Source of the DNA: Torpedo marmorata
Lineage: Eukaryota
DNA length: 64,000 nt
Direction: 5' to 3'
Assembly (NCBI GenBank): GCA_977017645.1
Contig: OZ360236.1
Coordinates: forward strand, 35,092,001-35,156,000
Each line of letters starts with the position of its first letter. Position 1 is the stretch's first letter. The translations under genes and the position numbers were made by a program. The notes under the pieces are model-generated. The model searched no databases and was not told the origin of the DNA. It saw nothing but the letters and a program-made list of their open reading frames with translations. Positions 1 through 12,549 of this stretch are shown here, in pieces.

Positions 1-445
1 AGACAGGATGTAGAATTGGATGGAGATGTGATAGATGGAGTTCAATCCAGAAAAGTGTGAAGTTTATTCACTGGAAGATCGAACTTGAAGGAGGAGAACA
101 AGGTTAATGGCAGAATTCTGGGCAGTATGGAGGGACAGAGGGATCTTGGGGTCCAAGCCCATAGATCGTTCACGGTTGCCATGCAGGTTGATAGAGTTGT
201 TAAGAAGGTGTATGGTGTGCTGGCCTTCATTAGTTGGGTTAGAGAATGGTGGGTGCCTGGAATACACTGCCAGGGGTGGTTGTAGAGGCTAATACAATAA
301 GGACATGTAAACAAATTTTGCATGGGCATATGAATGTAAGAAAAATGGAGGGTTCTGGGTTGTAATGGAGGGAAGGGTTAGATTGATCATGGAATAGTTT
401 TATATAGGTCAGTATGGCACTGTGAGCCGAAGGGCCTGTACTGTA
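1..445 (+). mobile_element. CR1 LINE 3' fragment, internally deleted
   Basis: Encodes CR1 ORF2 C-terminal-like sequence (MEFNPEKC...RDLGVQ.HRS...QVDRVVKK.YG.LAFI), then jumps at ~240 to a 3' region ending GAAGGGCCTGTACTG. Same family as 11441-14803. Confidence 0.8.
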
Positions 446-559
446 TTCATTTGAAGTTGAGAAGCAGTGCAGAGTCTAAGACTGAGAAATTAGCTTCCGG
501 CAATGTCAGCTTTTCTTGAAGGAAGTGGCTTCATTAAAGCAGATCCAGGAGTTGCAATT

Positions 560-775
560 ACAAGCACTCGTGCCTGAGTTGGAAGATTCAAGGTTCAATT
601 TTCAGAACATGAACATAGAAGTCCAAAATTATGTTCCAATGCAGTACTGAGGGAGTGTTGCATAATTGAAAGTGCTCCACCACATGGACTTGGAGAATCC
701 CCAGACATTATAAAAGACATATGTCCAAGCCAATTGTAACATTAGTTTTACAGCAGCTTGCTGTGGGCTAAAATT
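560..775 (+). mobile_element. Degenerate Deu-domain SINE (SacSINE1/AmnSINE1-like)
   Basis: Contains TGCAGTACTGAGGGAGTGTTGCA and downstream AGCTTGCTGTG, resembling the remembered Deu-SINE consensus, after a decayed tRNA-like head. Confidence 0.55.
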
Positions 776-777
776 GC

Positions 778-2482
778 AAAGTTCAAAACCAAATCCAGTG
801 CAATAGGAGATAACAAACCTTCACTCCAAGTTGAGCTCAATTCCTTCTATGCCCGATTTAACCACCAGATCAAAGAAAAGCCACTGTGCACCCCAGGTCC
901 CCTGATGATCCTCTACTGTCAGTATCCGAAGATGACGTGTGGGCTGCCTTCAGGAGAGTGAATTCAAGGAAAGCATCTGGTCTGGTCAGAGTACCCGGCT
1001 GAGTTCTGAAAACCTGTGCTGACCAGCTGGCCAATGTGTACATGGATACCTTCAACATCTCACTCTGACGGGGCGTGGTACTGTTTCAAACGGGCCTCAA
1101 TAATACCAGTGCCCAAGAAGAGAGAGGTAACCTGCCTAAATGACTACCGACCAGTAGCACTCACGTCCACAGTGATGAAGTGTTTTGAGCAGCTGGTGTT
1201 GAGGCACATCAGCTCCTGTCTGAACGGTGACATGGATCCATTCCAATTTGCCGTCTGCAGCAATAGGTCTACGGCAGATGCCATTTCACCGGCTCTACAA
1301 ATCCCTGGAACACCTAGACAGCAAAGATTAAGATGTCAGGATGCTGTTTATTGACTGCAGTTCAGCATTCTACACCATCATCCCATCAAAACTGATCAGC
1401 AAACTCCAAGACCTGGGCCTCAATACCCCACAGAGTCATTGGATCCTGGATTTCCTTTCCGCAAGACCACAATCCGTGCAGATTGGCAAGATCAGCACAG
1501 GAGCACCACAGGGCTGCATACTTAGCCCCCTGCTCTACTTGCTTTACACCTATAACTGTGAGGCTCGGTACAACAACAACACCATCTACAAATTTGATGA
1601 AGATACCACAGTAGTGGGCTGTATAAAAAGGGGTGATGAGGCAGTATACAGGAGGGAGATTGAAAACTGGGCTGAATGGTGTACTAACAACAACCTCACA
1701 CTCAATGTCACCAAAACCAAGGAGCTAATTGTAGACTTTAAGAAAGGAAAACCCATTCATTTTCAGTGATCATTGGGGGATCAGAGGTGGAGAGGGTGAG
1801 CAGATTTAAATTCCTAGGAGTCACTATCTCGGGGGATCTTTCCTGAACCCAACATACCAATGACATGAAGAAAGCACATCAGCACCTCTACTTCCTCGGG
1901 AGTTTGCAGAGGTTCGGTATGACATCAGAAACCTTGGCAAACATCTACAGATATGTAGTGGAAAGTGTGCTAACCGGCTCCTGGTATGGGGGCACCAATA
2001 CCTCAGCGGAAAGCCCTGCAAAAGTTAGTGGACACAGCCCAGTACATCACAGGCAAAACTCCCCACCATCAGGAAAATATACATGGAATGCTGCTGCTGA
2101 AGAGCAGCGGCAATCATCAAGCATTCACACCACCCAGAACATGCTCTGTTCTCACTGCTGCCATCAGGAAAGAGCTATAGGTGCCACAAGACCTGTTCCA
2201 TCAGGTTCAGGAACAGTTGCTGCCCCTCAACCATCAGACTCCTCAACAACATATTCAATCAGAAACTCATTTAAGGACTCTTACTTTGAACATTATTACT
2301 GAATATTTGTTTTTTTCTGTTTATGCACAGTTTGTTTTCATTTCTTTCTTTGTTTAAATTTCTCTCTTTGTCAGATATCTTTTTTTCTCGAGTACAGTTG
2401 ACAGTTGCCAATAAGTAGAAATTCTGCCTGACCTGCAGAAAGAAGAATCTCAGGGTTGTATGTACTCAGAAAATAACTTTGA
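778..2482 (+). mobile_element. Rex1/Babar-type non-LTR retrotransposon, 5'-truncated, frameshifted RT
   Basis: Split ORFs contain [60 protein letters not shown] and [11 protein letters not shown] (degenerate FADD), followed by a 3' UTR. Confidence 0.88.
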
Positions 2483-3479
2483 AACATGTAACTTGCTTTA
2501 GCAAGAAATTCTCTGAGAAAGGCCAGAAACTTAAATGAAGCAGTGATCTAGTCCATTGGAGTAGAGGCTCAATTTTGCAGTATCTGCTATTTCTGGAATG
2601 TTATGATTTTAGATAGGACCAAAATACATGGGTGCAGATGACCAAGAAAGAGTAATTTCAACAAAAGAGAGGGTAACATTAAAATCTTAGTTTTTCTGCA
2701 GAGCTTTCTGACTAAATGGAAAAAAGTATTTTTGGGAAAACAATGCAGCCTAATGGTGAGATGTTGAAAAGTTAGATAGATGATCAGTATTTATTAAAAT
2801 TCATACTATAATAATCCAGGTGGTACAATGCAAGGTATTACAAATACTACACATTTCAAATCATTACAGAAAATGAAGGCAAAAATCAATGGGCCAGGAA
2901 GCATCAGTAGAAAGAACATCAAGAGTTAATGTTTCAGTTCAATGGCCTCTTTGATAGGTGGAGAGAAGAAGAGCTTTAAATGATGGATAAAAGTAGAAGA
3001 CAAAAAATAAAATTTAGTAATAGAACATGAAGAAACAATGGTCCAGAGGACCCTGATGTAAAATTATTGAACTTTTTGTTGAATCTGGCATTCTGTGACG
3101 TGCTTAATTGAAAGTTGACATTTTGTATTTCAAGAATTTTGATTGGTATAGTAAAATGAGGTTGGGATTTAAATATCAGAGTGTGACACTTGACCAGAAG
3201 TTCAGGTTCACAGTTTTTTGTAAATGAATGCGTATTGCAAGGCAGTTGCAAATTTCTGGATTTCCCTGATGTGTTTGTGAGCAGAAAAAAACGATACCAA
3301 ATTGAAAATAGTGCATGTAAATCACTTTTACTATCAGTAAGAGCTCTGATTGTAGGAAAAGAAATGTGCTTGCATAGAAGGTGATTGGGAAGTGGTGTGT
3401 GATTGAGTGTAACCCAGGTTGTTGGCTGGTGAATTGTCGAGTTGGAATGCTTCTCGAATAGCAACATTGTGTTTAGTTA

Positions 3480-3804
3480 TGGTGTCATGATAGAAGTGAA
3501 AGCATTTGTGGAATGGATAGTCTGGTGTGGTGGGAAGTGTTGATGATGAGACCATTTGGGTTCTGGGAAGGAGGGGGTGATATGTGAGCAAAAGTGTAGG
3601 GAATGGAGAGATTCACTGGCTGTGCCAGCTAGAGCAGAGGGGAATTGAAGTAGGGAAGTACTTGTGTAGATAGTAATATTGTCAGAACAGGTGCTACCAA
3701 AGCAGAGAAACTGGAGTTACAAGAGGCAGAATTGAGGCCTGACTATGAAGGTCAGTATATAATGTTGTATATTGATTGACAATCTCTCCCCAGAAATTGA
3801 GGTC
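3480..3804 (-). mobile_element. Old Penelope-like fragment (continues at ~7799-7926 after the L1 insertion)
   Basis: Weak colinear similarity to the better-preserved Penelope copy at 23438-24484, on both sides of the L1. Confidence 0.5.
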
Positions 3805-3820
3805 AAGAAAGAAAAAAGGA

Positions 3821-6800
3821 AAAGGAAGAGAATATTAACATATATATTAAGAAACTGGGAGTTGATGTAGCCTTTCTTCAAGAAACACATTTGACTGAAA
3901 AAAGAACACTTGAAATTAAAAAGGGATTGGGTGGGATATCAAATGTCCTCCTCATTTAATTCTAAATCAAGAGGTGTGGTGATTTTGATAAAAAAAGAAT
4001 CTTCCAATTAAAGTTCAGAATGTTGTTACAGATCCATCAGGGAGATATGTAATGGTACATTGTCAAATATATTCTGAGATGTGGACTTTTTTGAATTTGT
4101 ATGCCCCGAATGTTGACGATGATAAATTCATTCGAGATATTTTTTTTAATCTAGCACAGGCACATGATAATATTTTAATAGGAGGAGACTTTAATTTTTG
4201 TTTAGATCCATTGTTAGATAGATCTACACGGGTAATAAGAAGAACGAAAGCAGCTAAGGTAACATTGGATTTGATGAGAGATTTAAATCTAATAGATTTA
4301 TGGAGAAGGATTCACCCTAGAGAAAAAGATTATTCATTTTATTCCACTAGATTTGACTCCTATTCAAGAATTGATTTATTTTTGATTTCCACCCAAATGC
4401 AAGCCAGGGTTGTAGAAGTGGATTATAAACCAAGGGTTTTATCTGACCATTCGCCTTTATTAATAACGATGAAAATGCCTGATAAGGAGAAATCGATTTA
4501 TAGGTGGAGACTCAATTCTTTGATGTTGAAAAGAAAAGATTTTTGTGAGTTTGTTCGAACACAAATTCAGTTATTTTGTGATACAAATTTGAACTCGGTA
4601 AATGATAAATTTATAATATGGGACACTTTAAAGGCGTATTTAAGAGACCAAATTCTAAATTTTACTTCTAAAATTAAAAAAGAATATACGAGGGAGACAG
4701 ATCAATTAGAAAAATAAATTACAATATTAGAGAAAGACTTACAAATTTCTCCTTCAGAAGATAAACGTAGATACTTGATTAATAAAAAAAATTCAATATA
4801 ATACGTTACAAACGTATACAACTGAAAAAGCAATAATAAGAACGAAACAAAGATTACGAACTAGGTGAGAGATCACATAAGGTATTAGCTTGGCAATTAA
4901 AGGTGGAACAGATTTCAAGAACAATCAATGCAATCAAAAAAGACAATGTAGTGACATATAAACCTCAAGAAATAAATGAGTCTTTTAAAAAATTTTATTC
5001 AAAATTATATAGCTCTGAGTCTTTAAGAGATAAGAATAAGATAAATACTTATCTATCACACATAACACTACCCAGATTAAATATACAGGAGCAAACAGAA
5101 CTTAATGCTTTCATTACTGAGGTAAAAGTAAAGGAAGCTATGACTTCTTTGCAAAGTAATGTCACCTGGAGAGGATGAATTTCCACCTGAATTCTATAAA
5201 GAATTTAAAGATTTGTTAATTCCTATATTTATGCAAGTATTAGAACAGGCTATGGAAACCCATACTGTTCCAGAAACATTTTCGACAGCTATAATTACAG
5301 TTATTCCAAAAAAAGGCAGAGATCCTTTAAAACCCTCATTTTACAGACCTATTTCATTATTAAATACAGATTATAAAATAGTTGTGAAAATTTTAGCAAA
5401 TAGAATGAATAAATTGTTACCTAAATTAATAAATATGGATCAAACAGGTTTTGTAAAAAAAAAAGGCAAGCATCAGAAAATGTAGCTCGATTATTAAGTA
5501 TTATCCATCTAGCTCAGAAAAGAGATGAATTGAGTGTTGCAGTTGCTTTAGATGCAGAAAAAGCATTTGATAGATTAGAGTGGGATTTTTTGCTTAAAGT
5601 ATTAGAGAAATTTGGATTTGGGACTAATTTTTAAAATTGGATTAAAGCATTATATAATAACCCTAAAGCCAAAGTAGTAACTAATGGACAAATGTCTATG
5701 CCATTTAATTTGACAAGATCTAGTCGACAAGGATGTCCTTATCCAGCTTTATTTGTTCTAGCCATAGAACCACTTACCCAGAAAATCCGTTCTGGTTTAC
5801 AAATTAAGGGTTTTAGGATAGGTCAAGAAGAACATAAAATCAGTTTATTTGCAGATGATATTTTAATATATTTGACTGATCCTGAAATATCTTTGCAAAG
5901 ATTATATATTCAATTGGAGGAATATGGAAAGGTTTCGGGCTATAAAATAAATTGGGATAAAAGTGAAATAATGTCATTGACGGAAGGTGATTATACACAT
6001 TGTCAGACAGGTACTCAGTTTAAATAGCCAAAAGAGGGTATTAAATATTTAGGTATACGTACAGATAGTAATTTGAAAAATTTATATAAATTGAATTATT
6101 CATTATTTTTAAAAATTGATGATTTTTAAAAATTGATTAATTTACCTATAACCTTAGTCGGAGGAGTTAATTGTATAAAGATGAATATATTTCCAAGAAT
6201 ACAATATCTCTTTCAAACATTACCCATTTCAATCCCTCAGAAATTTTTTTAAGAATTAAATAAATATGTAAGAAAATTTCTATGGAAAGATAAAATGTCA
6301 AGAGTTTCTATGGAGAGATTAACTTGGAAATACGAATTAGGAGGTTTACAACTTCCTAATTTTAAAAATTATTATCAAGCTGCTCAAATGAGATTTCTTG
6401 CATATTTTTTCGAAGAAACAAAAGTAGCATGGGTAAATATAGAACTGAACGAGATAGGAGAAAGGATAGCAGAAGATTTTATTTATAAATGGGAACCGAA
6501 ATTATTAACTGCTACTAAAGATACACCATTATTGAAACACCTACTCAATATTTGGAATAAAATAAAAGATGAAATTGGAATAAAGGGATCCATATCGCCT
6601 AAAACACCACTAAATCAAAATCCATTTATAGCTTTTTCAAAAGATAATCAATTTATGAATATTTGGCACTGTAATGGGATTGTGTCTTGAAGATTGTTAT
6701 GAGAGAGGTCAATTAATGTCGTTTTTACAGTTGAGGAACAAATATGCCATACCACAAAATACTTTTTTTTGTGATTTTCAATAAAAAGCATATCTGAGAG

Positions 6801-7782
6801 ATAAATTGGGACCAACTATGTCTTTACCTAGATGTAATGAAGTAGAACTTTTCATTAGGAGAGGAATTATTAAAAAATTTACTTCTAAAATTTATGAACT
6901 ATTACAAGCTGGGGCTATGAAACAAGGGTTAAATAGATCTAGACAGAGATGGGAAACAGATTTAAAATATTACAATTGATAAACAATTATGGGAAAATCT
7001 ATGTAAAGATTCTATGTAAGATATAGATTAGTCCAATATAATTTTTTGCATCAATTATATTTAACACCACAGAAACTACATAAAATAAAACCAGAATTAT
7101 CTGATCAATGTTTTATATGTGATGAAGATGTAGGTTCTTTTATACATTCAACTTGATCTTGCCCCAAGGTAAAAACCTTTTGGTTAGATATACAAAATTT
7201 TTTAGAACAAGTTACAGGAATTGTATTTCCACAAACCCCCGATTTAGCTCTTTTAGGGAATATTGAAGGTGCAAGACCTAAATTGAAACTATCAAATTAT
7301 CAATTGGTATTTGTTAAATTAGCTTTAGCAGTAGCAAGGAAATGTATTGCTGTGACTTGGAAATCCGATACATCCTTGGATATGCAAAGGTGGCATGCTG
7401 AAATTCAAAGTTGTATTCCTTTAGAAAAAAAATACATATAACTTGAGGAATAAATATTCCACTTTTTTGCAAATATGGCGCCCGTATACCCAAATAATGA
7501 GATTAAATTTGTAGAGGTTTTAAACATCTCCAGAACTGCGAGATCATCCTCTAAATGTATTTATATAATATGTTGAGATGTGTCATGAGCGGTGCTCCTC
7601 TATGCAATCCAAAAATTTCTTTTTTCTTTCTTCTTTCTATTTTCTTTTTTTTTAATATACTTATAGATATTTGTGATATAAATGCATATTTTGTAGGGGG
7701 GGGGAGGTTGGGGGGTGGGGGAGAAGGGGTGGGGTAAAATTGTATTGTTAAAAAATTTAAATAAAATATTCAACAACAAAAA
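3821..7782 (+). mobile_element. L1-clade LINE: near-complete ORF2 (APE endonuclease, RT, C-terminal Cys/His motif) plus 3' UTR and polyA; inactivated
   Basis: Motifs VAFLQETHL, LYAPN, IGGDFN, SRID, LSDH, YRPISLLNTDYK, RQGCP and LFADDIL. AATAAA at 7760 and an A-tail. Perfect 16-bp TSD AAGAAAGAAAAAAGGA at 3805-3820 and 7783-7798. Several frameshifts and stops. Confidence 0.93.
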
Positions 7783-8690
7783 AAGAAAGAAAAAAGGAGA
7801 ATTGGTCATGAAGCTGAGTAAATAGTGGAAATTGGAGCAAAGCTGAAGAAGTTTTTCCATTTGAAGCAAGAGTTAAAAATGATACTTAAACAGTCATCAA
7901 CATATGGTGAACAAGATAAGGGAAGGTGTTACGTCGCAGACCAGCAGCAATGGAAATTCACCAAGGCAGTGTTATTGTTTTTATTTTAAAACACTATATT
8001 TATTAATAACTACTAATAATATAACACATTAGTCAAATCAAACCCAACTATGTGCGAATGTACATGTGTGTGTGGGATACCCAAACCATTAAAGCTTAGG
8101 CACAATTCTGGAAAATCATTCCAAAGTTCAGTCTTAGAAATCCATTGTCGGAACGCAGACTTTTAAACTGATGCACAGAAGTAATCACGAAGGAGATGGG
8201 AGAGACTGAATGGCCAGACAGCTGAAAACACACAAATCCTCGTCGAGTTTCTTCCAGAGAAATATCCTTTCGTACGAATGGTTGTCACAACTCCCCTTTT
8301 CCTTGCGTAGGGGAAACAAAACGTGTGACTTCCACGATGCTTCCAAAACCCAGATATGGGTCAATCAGTGTCCTTTGCTTTGGTCACGGTGGGGTTCAAT
8401 AATTCCCTGACAGGGAGAATCAGCCGAATTGTCCATTATCACACAAAGTCATTCCTGCTCCGTGTTCGATGAGATGGCCGCTGGTCATAAAGTGCTGTTT
8501 CTTCAGTGTTCCACACACAGGACTCTCTCTCACCACCTGTGTCCCTGGATAAAACACCCAATGTCCTTTCTCCTCTCCAAAGTAGCAAATTTTGTACAGC
8601 CTGTACAAGCTGATGCCACCCAGTCTCTCCACCGCTGTCAATGGTTGCAGCCTGCACTAGCCCTTAAAGTGATACTCACACTAAATGAAA

Positions 8691-9449
8691 AGTAAATCAC
8701 GAAAATCTGTAGACATCGTGGTTGAAGTAAAAAAAACACAAAATGCTGGAGAAGCTCAGCAGGTCAAACTGTCCTTTATGTAGCAAAGGTAGAAATACAT
8801 AACCACCGTTTCGGGCCTGAGCCCTTCATCAAGGTATGAGAGAATGCCGGCAGGCATACGAACAAAAGGGTGGGGGGGGAGGGGGGTGGCAAAGGCAGGA
8901 GATGATAGGGGGATGAGGGGAGGGAAGGGACAGCTGCAATGAGGGGGAGGAGGATGGCTGGGTGAGTAAGGGTTCACATGTCTGCCTTTTGCACTATCCT
9001 ACCCTCATGCTCCCAGACTCACATGTCTGTCCATGGCCTTTTGCACTATCCTACCCTGACCACCCGCAGATTGGAGGAACAACACCTTATCTTCAGTCTG
9101 GGCACTCTCCAGCCAAATGGCATTAACATTGATTTCTCTGCCTTCTACTAAACTTGCTCGCATTTTCTTTCCCCTCCCCCTTTCCTGTTTTTCCAGTTTT
9201 CCCCTCCCTTACCCACCCAGCCATCCCTCCTCCCCCTCATTGCTGCTGTCCCCTCCCTCCCCTCATCCACCTATCATCTCCTGCCTTTGCCACCCCCCTC
9301 CCCCCTATCCTTTTGTTCGTATGCCTGCCGGCATTCTCTCATACATTGATGAAGGGCTCAGGCCTGAAACATTGGTTATGTATTTCTACCTTTGCTACAT
9401 AAAGGACACTGTTTGACCTGCTGAGCTTCTTCAGCATTTTGTGTTTTTT
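8691..9449 (+). mobile_element. Penelope-like element: GIY-YIG C-terminus plus pLTR, with an inverted upstream pLTR
   Basis: 8730-8972 is the reverse complement of ~9205-9449. Peptide RRLEEQHLIFSLGTLQPNGINIDFSAFY* at ~9064-9150. Flanking direct repeat TACTCACACTAAATGAAA at 8673-8690 and 9450-9467. Confidence 0.85.
9341..9383 (+). ncRNA. Minimal hammerhead-ribozyme-like motif in the Penelope pLTR (inverted twin at ~8795-8838)
   Basis: TTGATGA-AGGGCTCAGGCC(T/C)-GAAAC, with stem II GGGC/GCCY and stem I ATAC/GTAT. The core has U in place of C3. PLE pLTRs are known to carry minimal hammerheads. Confidence 0.55.
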
Positions 9450-9763
9450 TACTCACACTAAATGAAACGGGAGCTCATAATACCTCCCCCCAACAAAGAA
9501 AATTTTGATCTGTAAGAGCAAATTTTTAACTGCAACCTACAATGTTTGAAATAATACATTCACTATTGTTACATGATATAATACAGACAAATATAATATT
9601 TTTCAGCAGCGGATACAAATAATAAGTTTCATTTTGCTGCAAAACATTGCAAACTTAACATATTTGAAGATTGTTGAAGTTATGCACAGTCCTTTTATGC
9701 TAGTATTCTTTAAAATTGCTGGTAGAATGTCACTGCCAGGAAGTAATCTGCTGTGATCTGCAC

Positions 9764-10521
9764 AAAAATGGCGGCGCTGCTGGAGCCACTGTAATGGCAG
9801 CGCTTGTGCGGACCCGCGGGGAGTGGAGATACAGCGCTCCCGCGGGGTCCAACTTCCCAGTCAACTGCCATCAGCTCCGCACAGGCTTTGAACGGCCTGT
9901 TAAAGGAGCCGACGGTAGTTTTATTTAAAATCCCGCGACCAAGATGGCAGCGTCTCTTGATCGGCAGCAGCCACGAGGGGTTGCAGACTCCAGGGGAGCG
10001 GAGGACTGGCGCAGGGCACCAGAAAATGGGGAGACCATCCCCCGTCTGAGAAGCAGAGGAGGCGACCCACGGGACGGTGACCACGTTGGCGGACCAGTGA
10101 GGGGGCTCTGCGGCTGAAAGACCAATGCATGCGGCGGGCTGCTGGCGACTCGAGGCGAGGAACCTGCGGAGGCTGCGGACTGCTGGAGACTGGCTCGAAC
10201 TGGCTGAAGGGGTACCAGGTATCGGAAACGGGATGCGAGGGGGTGCCGAAGGTGCTGAAGGGTTCCTGACCGTGTCGGAGGTTCGGATATTGAGCTCGGG
10301 TTGCCAATGGTTTGGACTGGACTCTGTGTGGCTGCGGAAGCACTGGAGGCGAATCTACGGACACTGGGTGACTCTGGGGGGGACTCTCTTTTGCTTCTCT
10401 TTCTCTGACTGTAAGAGGCGCTTCAGGCAATTTCTGCCGATGGCGAATCTGTCTGCCTTAGCAGGCAAAAGCAATTTCATGTAATATGACACTGTTTTAT
10501 TGCATGACAATAAATTGAATC
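9764..10521 (+). mobile_element. GC-rich non-autonomous retroposon (family A) with a CATGACAATAAA-(GAATC) tail
   Basis: Colinear homologue at 56836-57642 and decayed minus-strand copies at ~16248 and ~27203. Has AAAATGGCG/AAGATGGC motifs and no recognisable tRNA head or coding homology. Confidence 0.75.
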
Positions 10522-11176
10522 TAATATTTAGCACCAGACATCTGACTGAAATGGGCATAGCCCAAAAATGATTGTCAATTGAAGAATTAGTCAGCCATGT
10601 GGATGAGAAAATGGTGATGGAAATCATTTCAATTATAACAGTAATCAAAACAGATTCTGAAGTTAGTAAGGCAACAGAGCGAATAGGTAGTTAATAACCA
10701 TCTTACATGGGATTGCATTTTTGAAGAGTACTTGTTTTTCTATGACGCAGCCACTAGATGGTAGCATGATGCAGTTTTGGCACTCATTTTCATGTGCAAG
10801 TCTTTCTAAGGACATCAGAAGACAAAAGGAGGTGCAAGAGACTGCAGATGCTGTGATCTGGGGCAACAAAAAAAAACCCATTGGAAGAAAACTCAGTAGA
10901 CGAGGCGGAGTAGGGAGGCAGGCAGAGGGATGGTTGATGTTTCTGGTTGAGACTGCAACAGAGCACATCTTAGAAAGAATGTAATTGAAGAGCGGAAGGG
11001 GAGGAGAGAGAAGGGGTCGCAGAACGCTCATTGAAGAGAAGATGAAGACTTCTTTAGTGGGCATACCTTGAAGAGGCAGGAATGGAGTAGTAAAATAAAG
11101 GCACAAGGGACTGCAGATCCTGTAATCTAGAGAAAAAAGAAATGCTGGAGGAACTGTGGGTCGGACAGCATTCATG

Positions 11177-11379
11177 TGTAGTGATAGTGTGCTACCACTA
11201 GGAGGAGTCGGAGATGAGTTGTGTGGCAACTGTTGCATCTTGGGTAGAATCAAGATGGATGCCTCCACATGAGGTCTTGTCTGTGTGTGTTCTGTTTTTA
11301 GTGCTGTTTGCTTTAGTTAATAAATGTAGTTGTTTAAAAAGAACCCAAGTTTCTTTATTGTAATAGAAGAAACATCACA
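11177..11379 (+). mobile_element. ~200-bp solo LTR inserted into a Penelope pLTR relic
   Basis: TG...CA ends and an internal AATAAA. Flanked by the direct repeat TTCATG (11171-11176 and 11380-11385); the TSD is 4 or 6 bp depending on the boundary. Confidence 0.7.
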
Positions 11380-11904
11380 TTCATGGAGGCAAGAGGACAG
11401 CTGGCGTTCTGGGCTGAGACTCTGCATTTGACTGGCACTACTTTACTGCAAAAGGGATAGATGGGACAGAATTTGACCAGCCGACTAGAGGAGCAGCCGT
11501 ACTGGATCTAGTACTGGGTAATGAACCTGGTCAGATGACAGACCTCTTGGTAGGGGAGAATTTTGTTGAAAGTGACCACAACTTCCTGACCTTTAGCATA
11601 GCTATGGACAAGGATAAGCGCAGATAAAATTGGGGAAGGGCTAATTATGATGGGATTAGGCAGGAACTGGGGAGAGTAAATTGGGAACAGATTTTCTTCG
11701 GGGAAAAGTACAGAAAAGGTGTGGAGGATGTTTAGGGACCACTTGTGCAGGGTTCTGGATAGGTTTGTCCCACTGAGACAGGGATAAGATGGTGGGATAA
11801 GGGAACCATGGTTGACAAAACAGGTGAGGCGGCTAGTTAAGAGGAAAGAAGGAAGCATACACAAGATTAAGGAAGCAAAAGACAGGAAGAGCTCATGAGA
11901 ATTA

Positions 11905-12361
11905 CAGTAAACCCCCGGTATCTGGCACAAATGGGGATTGGTAGATGCCAGATAAGTGAATTTGCCGGTTGCCTGAGGTAGCGTGATTGGCGAACTGGGG
12001 CGGCACGTTTGGTGTAGCGGTTAGTGCAACGCCTTTACAGCGCCAGCGATCGGGACCGGGGTTCGAATCCCGTGCTGTCTGTAAGGAGTTTGTATGTTCT
12101 CCCTGTGTCTGCGTGGGTTTTCCCCAGGGGCTCCGGTTCCTCCCACCGTTTGAAACGTACCGGGGGTGTAGGTTAATTGGGTGTAAATTGGGCGGCACGG
12201 ACTTGTGGGCCGAAATGGCCTGTTACCGTGCTGTATGTCTAAATTTAAATTTAAAAATTTTAAACTTTCTTATTTTTTTACCTATTTATTTTCCGTGGTT
12301 TTTTTTGCCGGTTGCTTGAGGCTGCTGGTTGTTTGAATTCCAGATAATGGGGATTTTACTG
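11905..12361. mobile_element. Tc1/mariner-pogo-type MITE nested in CR1
   Basis: TA-CAGTAAACCCCC ... GGGGATTTTACTG-TA terminal inverted repeats with a TA TSD. Confidence 0.8.
11997..12260 (+). mobile_element. tRNA-derived V-SINE (HE1-like) nested in the MITE
   Basis: A/B boxes (TGGTGTAGCGG; GGTTCGAATCCC), V-domain-like GAGTTTGTATGTTCTCCC..GCGTGGGTTT, a CR1-like GGGCCGAAATGGCCTGTTACCGTGCTGTA tail and (AAATTT)n. Confidence 0.88.
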
Positions 12362-12406
12362 TATATGGTAGCCAGGTAACTTAAGATAGGAATTAGGAGA
12401 GGTAGA

Positions 12407-12549
12407 AAAGGTAAAGGTTCCATTATTGTCACGTAATACTACATTTAGAATGTAACATACATGAAATTCTTTAATTTTTGTCACCATAAGGCAGACAGAG
12501 AGTCGCTACTTTGTCCAGCACCCCTCACAGAAACCTATAGCACCTGGTG
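12407..12549 (-). mobile_element. 5'-truncated 5S-derived SINE nested in CR1
   Basis: Highly similar to 55679-55819, including the 5S 3' end CACCAGGTGCTATAGG and the (CCTTTA)n tail. Confidence 0.8.

Larger units (their letters stand above)
7927..9491 (-). mobile_element. LTR retrotransposon 3' LTR (Gypsy-like) with adjacent polypurine tract, interrupted by a Penelope insertion
   Basis: Minus strand reads PPT GGGGGGAGG (9491-9483), then TATTATGA... to ...CGTAACA (7927). The expected TG start reads TA. Confidence 0.6.

Noticed and set aside
4052-6690. Intact endonuclease/RT host gene or active L1
   Set aside because: ORF2 is broken by multiple frameshifts and stops, and ORF1 is absent.
9710-10648. 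Cluster of overlapping ORFs
   Set aside because: Explained by the high GC content of the family-A repeat; no protein homology recognised.
10663-11268. 201-aa minus-strand ORF
   Set aside because: It crosses Penelope pLTR relics and a solo LTR boundary, so it is a chance open frame.
11997-12075. tRNA gene
   Set aside because: The A/B boxes belong to a V-SINE head repeated several times in the window.
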